A stretch of DNA of 6,197 bases from a virus. Lineage: Monodnaviria > Loebvirae > Hofneiviricota > Faserviricetes > Tubulavirales > Inoviridae. Positions 1 through 6,197 of the stretch are shown piece after piece. Both the position numbers and the translations under genes were made by a program. Position 1 is the first letter of the stretch. Each line of letters begins with the position of its first letter. The stretch lies in the IMG/VR virus record IMGVR_UViG_2537562019_000017; one strand, 5' to 3'. Under the pieces are notes generated by a model. It was not told the DNA's origin, did not search any database, and was given only the letters and a program-made list of their open reading frames with translations.

Positions 1-286
1 ATGAAATGTTATAAGTTACTCCTTCCCTCCCCTCCATTGACCAGACGCGAACATATACAGGTATCTGGACTAACTTACCGATAAAATTATTTGCCTGATT
101 CATTACACCGGCATTAACAAGAGCCTGAGATACACGAATAATAATCTGGTCTTGCTTAGTGCCACCAAAACCATCAGGAATCTCTAAGCCAACACCAATT
201 TCATTATAGTATCCCTGACCATTGACCTTATTACGCTGGCGAGCACCAAGCATTTTACCTTTTACAAAAAGACCATAATTAGACAT
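1..286 (-). CDS. Small phage protein, partial (C-terminus lies left of the window); position suggests a filamentous-phage ssDNA-binding protein (gV/RstB-like), function unconfirmed
   Basis: Minus-strand ATG at 284..286 preceded by a strong RBS (AAAGGAG, 287..297) that overlaps the rep stop codon. The frame stays open to the window edge (at least 95 aa, MSNYGLFVKGKMLGARQRNKVNGQGYYNEIGVGLEIPDGFGGTKQDQIIIRVSQALVNAGVMNQANNFIGKLVQIPVYVRVW...). Small, Gly-rich, directly downstream of rep and translationally coupled, as for gV/rstB in inoviruses. Not in the supplied ORF track; translated by hand. Confidence 0.5.
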   Translation of the reverse strand, partial: MSNYGLFVKGKMLGARQRNKVNGQGYYNEIGVGLEIPDGFGGTKQDQIIIRVSQALVNAGVMNQANNFIGKLVQIPVYVRVWSMEGREGVTYNIS

Positions 287-297
287 ATCACTCTCCT

Positions 298-1350
298 TTA
301 ATGCCAGTTACTGGCATGTGAAATACGGTTATAATCGAAAATTAAACCTTTCTCATAAACCCATGATGGAATTTTGGCTGGTTTGGCTTCAAGAGTACGA
401 ACCAACGGAACAACGTTATTAGAATCCGGTGACTCACAATAAAAGTTAATATCTATTCCGAAAGAAAGTAATTCTTTACGGTGTCGGTAGAATGTAGGTT
501 TCGGTAACATCTCTTTCATGTTCGCGCCCTGCTTCCACAATAAATATGTAGACTGTATTTTTCTTGGGAGATTAATTATTTTTTCATCAGTTAATATGGT
601 ATTTTGATTCATTTCTATTCTCCCTACATAGTCAGAGAATAATTTATTGGGCGTCTCAATATTCCAGCTATTACCAAGCGTAAGATTCAAATCAATTAAT
701 TCAGTTGTTCTTAATGTTAATTCAATGCGTAATTTATCTTTTGACCAGTCCAGTAAACCAGCTTTAACGAATTCGTCTGCCATCTGGTGCCCTTTTTTGC
801 CAGATGTATGCTCATCATATTTTGAATAAAATTTCAGGCTCCAACGACGGGAGTTTTTCCCTAAGTAAACAGTGCCACCTTTACCACAGGCGCGACCGTG
901 GCGAGTTTTAGCTTTAAATTCTGCGGCATATAGCCATGCGCGGACATTTTCTAATGTTGACAATGAATACATATAGTTGATATCAATACGCGAGATCTTA
1001 AATTGCCCTGCCATTACCTGTCGATAGGATGAAAGATCATGAGGAATATGCAGTAATGCCAATATTCTGGCATAAGCTGTTAATACTAACCCTTGCAAAT
1101 CATCGGAACCGATAACAGAGTGACCTTGCAAAAACTTTGACGGATTGCCGTCAATATAGAGATGTGTTGCCCGACCTTCGCCATCAGATCCAACAGATCT
1201 TACTTTCATAGTGGATTCATACGAACCGCGAACAGTCAACCGTTTTACTGTTTCCCACTCCACTGCACCGTCAGCATCAACGCTGACGACACTACCAGCC
1301 GGTAATGGTCGGTGTATGCAAGGTAGGATCCCGGTAAACCAGTCAATCAT
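298..1350 (-). CDS. Rolling-circle replication initiation protein, filamentous-phage gII/RstA-like (Phage_CRI-type), copy 1
   Basis: 350-aa ORF with ATG at 1348..1350 and a GAGG RBS 6 nt upstream on the minus strand. The block ...HLYIDGNPSKFLQGHSVIG... and the Tyr-containing LKFYSKYDE segment resemble, from memory, inovirus Rep proteins. Sits between a divergent HTH regulator and a small ssDNA-binding-like gene. Confidence 0.7.
   Translation of the reverse strand: MIDWFTGILPCIHRPLPAGSVVSVDADGAVEWETVKRLTVRGSYESTMKVRSVGSDGEGRATHLYIDGNPSKFLQGHSVIGSDDLQGLVLTAYARILALLHIPHDLSSYRQVMAGQFKISRIDINYMYSLSTLENVRAWLYAAEFKAKTRHGRACGKGGTVYLGKNSRRWSLKFYSKYDEHTSGKKGHQMADEFVKAGLLDWSKDKLRIELTLRTTELIDLNLTLGNSWNIETPNKLFSDYVGRIEMNQNTILTDEKIINLPRKIQSTYLLWKQGANMKEMLPKPTFYRHRKELLSFGIDINFYCESPDSNNVVPLVRTLEAKPAKIPSWVYEKGLIFDYNRISHASNWH
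301..317. other. 17-bp perfect palindrome ATGCCAGT-T-ACTGGCAT at the 3' end of rep (copies at 2132..2148 and 3963..3979)
   Basis: Read directly from the sequence; 8-bp arms around a single central base. Overlaps the last six codons of rep and lies 15 nt upstream of the RBS of the small downstream gene. Confidence 0.6.
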
Positions 1351-1517
1351 GTATCGCCTCAGAGAACAATTTTGTGACCAGAAAGCCTGTCAAGAGCTTA
1401 TTAGTACCAATTCAGTCACACAAATGTACAACCCAAGATCTTACCTCTCAAGTGATTTTGTACTGGATAAGTGACATATTTGTTCTTTTGAAATGGAGCA
1501 AAAAAGTAGGATATAGA
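1351..1517. promoter_or_regulatory. Divergent control region between rep and the repressor-like gene (candidate promoters, operators, possibly replication origin), copy 1
   Basis: 167-bp non-coding gap between two divergently transcribed start codons. Contains three GTAC cores (1404..1407, 1426..1429, 1460..1463) within TTAGTAC / TTGTACA(rev) / TTGTACT motifs, three GTGAC/GTCAC motifs (1374..1378, 1415..1419, 1471..1475) and the 8-bp palindrome AAGATCTT (1435..1442). Exact -35/-10 elements could not be assigned confidently. Confidence 0.5.
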
Positions 1518-1970
1518 ATGAGCAACAACTTCAACAGTAATGGCTACCCGGAAGAAATGGCAGAAGACATAGACTTACAGCGGGCAGAAAGGATAAAAAA
1601 AGCGATCCTAAGCAAATTCACATACGAAAGGATGGAAGAACTGTCTGGCATCAACATTGGCACACTGAAACGGATCGCAAACGCACAGAGGGATGCGAAA
1701 ATCAGTGAGCTGGAAAAAATTGCTGAAATCACTCAGACAGACATATTTGAACTGATTTTTGGCTCCAGTAGCAGTGATATCTACGATTCCAGCAAACGCT
1801 TCTTTGAGACGAGAAGTAAAGATGCGGCTCAGGCGGCTCAATTCATCATCTACAATCTTCGTACCCTTGATGATGAGGACATCCTTTGTTTGGGGAGGGT
1901 TTCGAGTGCCTTGCAAACAGCAACAACATCAAGAAAATGGGATGAGCTTTTCGGGAAGAAGAAAGGCTGA
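1518..1970 (+). CDS. XRE-family (Cro/cI-type) helix-turn-helix transcriptional regulator, phage repressor-like, copy 1
   Basis: ATG at 1518 with AGGA RBS 6 nt upstream; 150 aa. Residues about 21-80 (RAERIKKAILSKFTYERMEELSGINIGTLKRIANAQRDAKISELEKIAEITQTDIFELIF) fit the XRE HTH pattern. Followed by a Ser-rich linker and a roughly 60-aa C-terminal region of unknown function. The track's longer ORF from GTG 1374 would run through the control region and lacks an RBS, so the ATG at 1518 is preferred. Confidence 0.75.
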   Translation: MSNNFNSNGYPEEMAEDIDLQRAERIKKAILSKFTYERMEELSGINIGTLKRIANAQRDAKISELEKIAEITQTDIFELIFGSSSSDIYDSSKRFFETRSKDAAQAAQFIIYNLRTLDDEDILCLGRVSSALQTATTSRKWDELFGKKKG

Positions 1971-1973
1971 GTC

Positions 1974-2117
1974 TCAGAAATGAGACAAACGTGCAGTATT
2001 ACCATCAGGAATCTCTAAGCCAACACCAATTTCATTATAGTATCCCTGACCATTGACCTTATTACGCTGGCGAGCACCAAGCATTTTACCTTTTACAAAA
2101 AGACCATAATTAGACAT
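1974..2117 (-). pseudogene. Junction-truncated chimeric copy of the small gV-like gene (47 aa), copy 2
   Basis: Same start and RBS as the gene at 1..286, but after codon 39 the reading frame crosses the repeat junction (2000/2001) and ends after 8 junction-derived codons (NTARLSHF, stop at 1974..1976). Confidence 0.5.
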
Positions 2118-2128
2118 ATCACTCTCCT

Positions 2129-3181
2129 TTAATGCCAGTTACTGGCATGTGAAATACGGTTATAATCGAAAATTAAACCTTTCTCATAAACCCATGATGG
2201 AATTTTGGCTGGTTTGGCTTCAAGAGTACGAACCAACGGAACAACGTTATTAGAATCCGGTGACTCACAATAAAAGTTAATATCTATTCCGAAAGAAAGT
2301 AATTCTTTACGGTGTCGGTAGAATGTAGGTTTCGGTAACATCTCTTTCATGTTCGCGCCCTGCTTCCACAATAAATATGTAGACTGTATTTTTCTTGGGA
2401 GATTAATTATTTTTTCATCAGTTAATATGGTATTTTGATTCATTTCTATTCTCCCTACATAGTCAGAGAATAATTTATTGGGCGTCTCAATATTCCAGCT
2501 ATTACCAAGCGTAAGATTCAAATCAATTAATTCAGTTGTTCTTAATGTTAATTCAATGCGTAATTTATCTTTTGACCAGTCCAGTAAACCAGCTTTAACG
2601 AATTCGTCTGCCATCTGGTGCCCTTTTTTGCCAGATGTATGCTCATCATATTTTGAATAAAATTTCAGGCTCCAACGACGGGAGTTTTTCCCTAAGTAAA
2701 CAGTGCCACCTTTACCACAGGCGCGACCGTGGCGAGTTTTAGCTTTAAATTCTGCGGCATATAGCCATGCGCGGACATTTTCTAATGTTGACAATGAATA
2801 CATATAGTTGATATCAATACGCGAGATCTTAAATTGCCCTGCCATTACCTGTCGATAGGATGAAAGATCATGAGGAATATGCAGTAATGCCAATATTCTG
2901 GCATAAGCTGTTAATACTAACCCTTGCAAATCATCGGAACCGATAACAGAGTGACCTTGCAAAAACTTTGACGGATTGCCGTCAATATAGAGATGTGTTG
3001 CCCGACCTTCGCCATCAGATCCAACAGATCTTACTTTCATAGTGGATTCATACGAACCGCGAACAGTCAACCGTTTTACTGTTTCCCACTCCACTGCACC
3101 GTCAGCATCAACGCTGACGACACTACCAGCCGGTAATGGTCGGTGTATGCAAGGTAGGATCCCGGTAAACCAGTCAATCAT
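2129..3181 (-). CDS. Rolling-circle replication initiation protein, filamentous-phage gII/RstA-like, copy 2
   Basis: Identical 350-aa translation to copy 1, offset by 1,831 bp. Confidence 0.7.
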   Translation of the reverse strand: MIDWFTGILPCIHRPLPAGSVVSVDADGAVEWETVKRLTVRGSYESTMKVRSVGSDGEGRATHLYIDGNPSKFLQGHSVIGSDDLQGLVLTAYARILALLHIPHDLSSYRQVMAGQFKISRIDINYMYSLSTLENVRAWLYAAEFKAKTRHGRACGKGGTVYLGKNSRRWSLKFYSKYDEHTSGKKGHQMADEFVKAGLLDWSKDKLRIELTLRTTELIDLNLTLGNSWNIETPNKLFSDYVGRIEMNQNTILTDEKIINLPRKIQSTYLLWKQGANMKEMLPKPTFYRHRKELLSFGIDINFYCESPDSNNVVPLVRTLEAKPAKIPSWVYEKGLIFDYNRISHASNWH

Positions 3182-3348
3182 GTATCGCCTCAGAGAACAA
3201 TTTTGTGACCAGAAAGCCTGTCAAGAGCTTATTAGTACCAATTCAGTCACACAAATGTACAACCCAAGATCTTACCTCTCAAGTGATTTTGTACTGGATA
3301 AGTGACATATTTGTTCTTTTGAAATGGAGCAAAAAAGTAGGATATAGA
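3182..3348. promoter_or_regulatory. Divergent control region, copy 2
   Basis: Copy of 1351..1517 offset by 1,831 bp; identical in spot checks. Confidence 0.5.
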
Positions 3349-3801
3349 ATGAGCAACAACTTCAACAGTAATGGCTACCCGGAAGAAATGGCAGAAGACA
3401 TAGACTTACAGCGGGCAGAAAGGATAAAAAAAGCGATCCTAAGCAAATTCACATACGAAAGGATGGAAGAACTGTCTGGCATCAACATTGGCACACTGAA
3501 ACGGATCGCAAACGCACAGAGGGATGCGAAAATCAGTGAGCTGGAAAAAATTGCTGAAATCACTCAGACAGACATATTTGAACTGATTTTTGGCTCCAGT
3601 AGCAGTGATATCTACGATTCCAGCAAACGCTTCTTTGAGACGAGAAGTAAAGATGCGGCTCAGGCGGCTCAATTCATCATCTACAATCTTCGTACCCTTG
3701 ATGATGAGGACATCCTTTGTTTGGGGAGGGTTTCGAGTGCCTTGCAAACAGCAACAACATCAAGAAAATGGGATGAGCTTTTCGGGAAGAAGAAAGGCTG
3801 A
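3349..3801 (+). CDS. XRE-family HTH transcriptional regulator, phage repressor-like, copy 2
   Basis: Identical translation to copy 1; ATG at 3349 with the same RBS. Confidence 0.75.
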   Translation: MSNNFNSNGYPEEMAEDIDLQRAERIKKAILSKFTYERMEELSGINIGTLKRIANAQRDAKISELEKIAEITQTDIFELIFGSSSSDIYDSSKRFFETRSKDAAQAAQFIIYNLRTLDDEDILCLGRVSSALQTATTSRKWDELFGKKKG

Positions 3802-3804
3802 GTC

Positions 3805-3948
3805 TCAGAAATGAGACAAACGTGCAGTATTACCATCAGGAATCTCTAAGCCAACACCAATTTCATTATAGTATCCCTGACCATTGACCTTATTACGCTG
3901 GCGAGCACCAAGCATTTTACCTTTTACAAAAAGACCATAATTAGACAT
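3805..3948 (-). pseudogene. Junction-truncated chimeric copy of the small gV-like gene (47 aa), copy 3
   Basis: Copy of 1974..2117 offset by 1,831 bp. Confidence 0.5.
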
Positions 3949-3959
3949 ATCACTCTCCT

Positions 3960-5012
3960 TTAATGCCAGTTACTGGCATGTGAAATACGGTTATAATCGA
4001 AAATTAAACCTTTCTCATAAACCCATGATGGAATTTTGGCTGGTTTGGCTTCAAGAGTACGAACCAACGGAACAACGTTATTAGAATCCGGTGACTCACA
4101 ATAAAAGTTAATATCTATTCCGAAAGAAAGTAATTCTTTACGGTGTCGGTAGAATGTAGGTTTCGGTAACATCTCTTTCATGTTCGCGCCCTGCTTCCAC
4201 AATAAATATGTAGACTGTATTTTTCTTGGGAGATTAATTATTTTTTCATCAGTTAATATGGTATTTTGATTCATTTCTATTCTCCCTACATAGTCAGAGA
4301 ATAATTTATTGGGCGTCTCAATATTCCAGCTATTACCAAGCGTAAGATTCAAATCAATTAATTCAGTTGTTCTTAATGTTAATTCAATGCGTAATTTATC
4401 TTTTGACCAGTCCAGTAAACCAGCTTTAACGAATTCGTCTGCCATCTGGTGCCCTTTTTTGCCAGATGTATGCTCATCATATTTTGAATAAAATTTCAGG
4501 CTCCAACGACGGGAGTTTTTCCCTAAGTAAACAGTGCCACCTTTACCACAGGCGCGACCGTGGCGAGTTTTAGCTTTAAATTCTGCGGCATATAGCCATG
4601 CGCGGACATTTTCTAATGTTGACAATGAATACATATAGTTGATATCAATACGCGAGATCTTAAATTGCCCTGCCATTACCTGTCGATAGGATGAAAGATC
4701 ATGAGGAATATGCAGTAATGCCAATATTCTGGCATAAGCTGTTAATACTAACCCTTGCAAATCATCGGAACCGATAACAGAGTGACCTTGCAAAAACTTT
4801 GACGGATTGCCGTCAATATAGAGATGTGTTGCCCGACCTTCGCCATCAGATCCAACAGATCTTACTTTCATAGTGGATTCATACGAACCGCGAACAGTCA
4901 ACCGTTTTACTGTTTCCCACTCCACTGCACCGTCAGCATCAACGCTGACGACACTACCAGCCGGTAATGGTCGGTGTATGCAAGGTAGGATCCCGGTAAA
5001 CCAGTCAATCAT
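3960..5012 (-). CDS. Rolling-circle replication initiation protein, filamentous-phage gII/RstA-like, copy 3
   Basis: Identical 350-aa translation to copies 1 and 2. Confidence 0.7.
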   Translation of the reverse strand: MIDWFTGILPCIHRPLPAGSVVSVDADGAVEWETVKRLTVRGSYESTMKVRSVGSDGEGRATHLYIDGNPSKFLQGHSVIGSDDLQGLVLTAYARILALLHIPHDLSSYRQVMAGQFKISRIDINYMYSLSTLENVRAWLYAAEFKAKTRHGRACGKGGTVYLGKNSRRWSLKFYSKYDEHTSGKKGHQMADEFVKAGLLDWSKDKLRIELTLRTTELIDLNLTLGNSWNIETPNKLFSDYVGRIEMNQNTILTDEKIINLPRKIQSTYLLWKQGANMKEMLPKPTFYRHRKELLSFGIDINFYCESPDSNNVVPLVRTLEAKPAKIPSWVYEKGLIFDYNRISHASNWH

Positions 5013-5179
5013 GTATCGCCTCAGAGAACAATTTTGTGACCAGAAAGCCTGTCAAGAGCTTATTAGTACCAATTCAGTCACACAAATGTACAACCCAAGA
5101 TCTTACCTCTCAAGTGATTTTGTACTGGATAAGTGACATATTTGTTCTTTTGAAATGGAGCAAAAAAGTAGGATATAGA
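5013..5179. promoter_or_regulatory. Divergent control region, copy 3
   Basis: Copy of 1351..1517 offset by 3,662 bp. Confidence 0.5.
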
Positions 5180-5632
5180 ATGAGCAACAACTTCAACAGT
5201 AATGGCTACCCGGAAGAAATGGCAGAAGACATAGACTTACAGCGGGCAGAAAGGATAAAAAAAGCGATCCTAAGCAAATTCACATACGAAAGGATGGAAG
5301 AACTGTCTGGCATCAACATTGGCACACTGAAACGGATCGCAAACGCACAGAGGGATGCGAAAATCAGTGAGCTGGAAAAAATTGCTGAAATCACTCAGAC
5401 AGACATATTTGAACTGATTTTTGGCTCCAGTAGCAGTGATATCTACGATTCCAGCAAACGCTTCTTTGAGACGAGAAGTAAAGATGCGGCTCAGGCGGCT
5501 CAATTCATCATCTACAATCTTCGTACCCTTGATGATGAGGACATCCTTTGTTTGGGGAGGGTTTCGAGTGCCTTGCAAACAGCAACAACATCAAGAAAAT
5601 GGGATGAGCTTTTCGGGAAGAAGAAAGGCTGA
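5180..5632 (+). CDS. XRE-family HTH transcriptional regulator, phage repressor-like, copy 3
   Basis: Identical translation to copies 1 and 2; ATG at 5180. Confidence 0.75.
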   Translation: MSNNFNSNGYPEEMAEDIDLQRAERIKKAILSKFTYERMEELSGINIGTLKRIANAQRDAKISELEKIAEITQTDIFELIFGSSSSDIYDSSKRFFETRSKDAAQAAQFIIYNLRTLDDEDILCLGRVSSALQTATTSRKWDELFGKKKG

Positions 5633-5651
5633 GTCTCAGAAATGAGACAAA

Positions 5652-5676
5652 CGTGCAGTATTACCAACACTGCACG
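5652..5676. other. Inverted repeat / hairpin (8-bp stem CGTGCAGT...ACTGCACG, 9-nt loop ATTACCAAC) spanning the right array boundary
   Basis: Read directly from the sequence. The left arm lies inside the repeat unit (also at 1990..1997 and 3821..3828); the right arm exists only in the right flank. The ACCA junction microhomology (5663..5666) is in the loop. Lies 20 nt downstream of the repressor stop; no adjacent U-tract. Confidence 0.6.
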
Positions 5677-5716
5677 TTCTGGATTGAGCGATTTTTAAAC
5701 ACCAGAAAAAGGGTAA

Positions 5717-6115
5717 ATGATGAACAAAACAGTGTATGTACCAAGCTACTTCCAGCCTATCTACAAAGAAGTAACCATCAAAGTTCCTACCGGAAACACA
5801 AAACGATTCCTGGGTCTCATCGACATTGAAGAAAAAATCCGAAAAAGAGAAGTTATTCAGGATGGCTGGTCTGATTGCCAGATTGACGGGGAAAGACTCA
5901 ATGAAGATGTTGGTCGAGCCATTAATAAACTTAATCGGGAAGGGTATGAGGTTATTTCAATAACCCCTGCTACCTCAGGAAGCTGGGCTTATAAATATAA
6001 ACAAAACAGTATTCGTAATGGAAACGGTGATGGCAGTTATGGATATGGTTACGGTTATTCATACACCGAAGGCGTTATGATTCTGGCAAAGAAAATTGAG
6101 AAAGAGGACGTCTGA
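5717..6115 (+). CDS. Hypothetical protein, 132 aa, with a Gly/Tyr low-complexity segment (GNGDGSYGYGYGYSY)
   Basis: ATG ATG start at 5717/5720 with an AAGGG RBS upstream. No N-terminal hydrophobic signal sequence. The C-terminal part (REGYEVISITP...GVMILAKK) is vaguely reminiscent of small DUF4177-like proteins, but I cannot confirm this without a search. Confidence 0.6.
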   Translation: MMNKTVYVPSYFQPIYKEVTIKVPTGNTKRFLGLIDIEEKIRKREVIQDGWSDCQIDGERLNEDVGRAINKLNREGYEVISITPATSGSWAYKYKQNSIRNGNGDGSYGYGYGYSYTEGVMILAKKIEKEDV

Positions 6116-6117
6116 TA

Positions 6118-6197
6118 ATGGATTTTATCCGTAAAACTTTGGGTGGATTAAAAGCAAGTTATTATATCCGTCACTTCGTTTTTGGTGCATTAATTTC
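6118..6197 (+). CDS. Hypothetical protein, N-terminal fragment (runs off the window); hydrophobic N-terminus suggests a membrane protein
   Basis: ATG at 6118, two nt after the TGA stop of the upstream gene, with a GAGGA RBS about 10 nt upstream (translational coupling). Translation MDFIRKTLGGLKASYYIRHFVFGALI... Confidence 0.45.
   Translation, partial: MDFIRKTLGGLKASYYIRHFVFGALI

Larger units (their letters stand above)
1..5666. mobile_element. Right-end replication/immunity module of an integrated filamentous (inovirus-like) phage or phage-derived replicon, tandemly amplified; element continues left of the window
   Basis: Gene content and order (HTH repressor divergent from rolling-circle Rep, then a small ssDNA-binding-like gene on the Rep strand) match inovirus organisation. 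No integrase, transposase or recognisable dif/XerCD core seen. Confidence 0.5.
170..5666. repeat. Perfect direct tandem array: 3 x 1,831-bp unit (170..2000, 2001..3831, 3832..5662) plus a terminal 4-bp ACCA (5663..5666)
   Basis: All ORFs in the track recur at an exact 1,831-bp offset with identical translations, and the non-coding stretches I compared are also identical. The left flank ends ...GCCACCAAA before ACCA; the right flank starts ACACTGCACG after ACCA; flanks share no further homology. Confidence 0.9.

Noticed and set aside
647-829. 60-aa plus-strand ORF, and its copies at 2478..2660 and 4309..4491
   Set aside because: Lies entirely antisense inside the rep coding region and has no convincing RBS. 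It recurs only because the whole unit is repeated; most likely a spurious antisense ORF.
850-900. Walker-A-like sequence GRACGKGGT in the Rep protein
   Set aside because: The spacing does not fit the GxxxxGK[ST] consensus. Rep proteins of this type are not expected to carry a P-loop, so this is probably coincidental.
1388-1393. Perfect TTGACA -35 hexamer on the minus strand upstream of rep
   Set aside because: It is too close to the rep start codon (a -10 would overlap the RBS) and no acceptable -10 hexamer follows at 16-18 bp spacing.
1211-1474. 87-aa plus-strand ORF, and its copies at 3042..3305 and 4873..5136
   Set aside because: Overlaps the 5' end of rep on the opposite strand and runs through the divergent control region, with no RBS; judged non-coding.
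1374-1517. Extended 198-aa version of the regulator ORF starting at GTG 1374
   Set aside because: It would start 24 bp from the rep start codon, inside the shared control region, with no RBS. The internal ATG at 1518 has a well-spaced AGGA RBS and gives a typical XRE-regulator N-terminus.
1544-1983. Overlapping ORFs inside the regulator gene (1544..1732 minus, 1608..1916 minus, 1759..1983 plus) and their copies
   Set aside because: All are nested within, antisense to or out of frame with the well-supported regulator CDS and lack RBSs; treated as spurious.
170-5666. Possibility that the repeats are a CRISPR array or an IS/transposon
   Set aside because: The repeat unit is 1.8 kb with no short repeat-spacer structure, no terminal inverted repeats and no transposase or Cas-like ORFs.
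5640-5716. dif-like XerCD recombination site at the array boundary
   Set aside because: CGTGCAGTATTA bears only a weak resemblance to a XerC arm, and there is no recognisable XerD arm (TTATGTTAAAT-like) nearby. I could not find a convincing dif core anywhere in the window by eye, so XerCD integration is not supported.

Overview
This AT-rich window is dominated by a perfect head-to-tail tandem array (170..5666) of three copies of a 1,831-bp unit, with no differences between copies that I could find by spot checks or in the ORF track. Each unit carries a 350-aa minus-strand gene that looks like a filamentous-phage (inovirus) rolling-circle replication initiator, a 167-bp divergent control region, and a 150-aa plus-strand XRE-type helix-turn-helix repressor-like gene. 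This is the layout of an inovirus replication/immunity module (compare rstR-rstA of CTXphi). The unit boundary cuts through a small minus-strand gene immediately downstream of the rep gene, so only copy 1 has an intact version (1..286, running out of the window on the left) while copies 2 and 3 carry a 47-aa truncated chimera. Every junction carries the 4-bp microhomology ACCA, and the outer right junction sits in the loop of an 8-bp-stem inverted repeat. Right of the array there is a two-gene plus-strand operon of unknown function (5717..6115 and 6118..>6197). No rRNA, tRNA, CRISPR, transposase or integrase was detected. All functional calls are from reading the translations and the gene order; no database search was possible.
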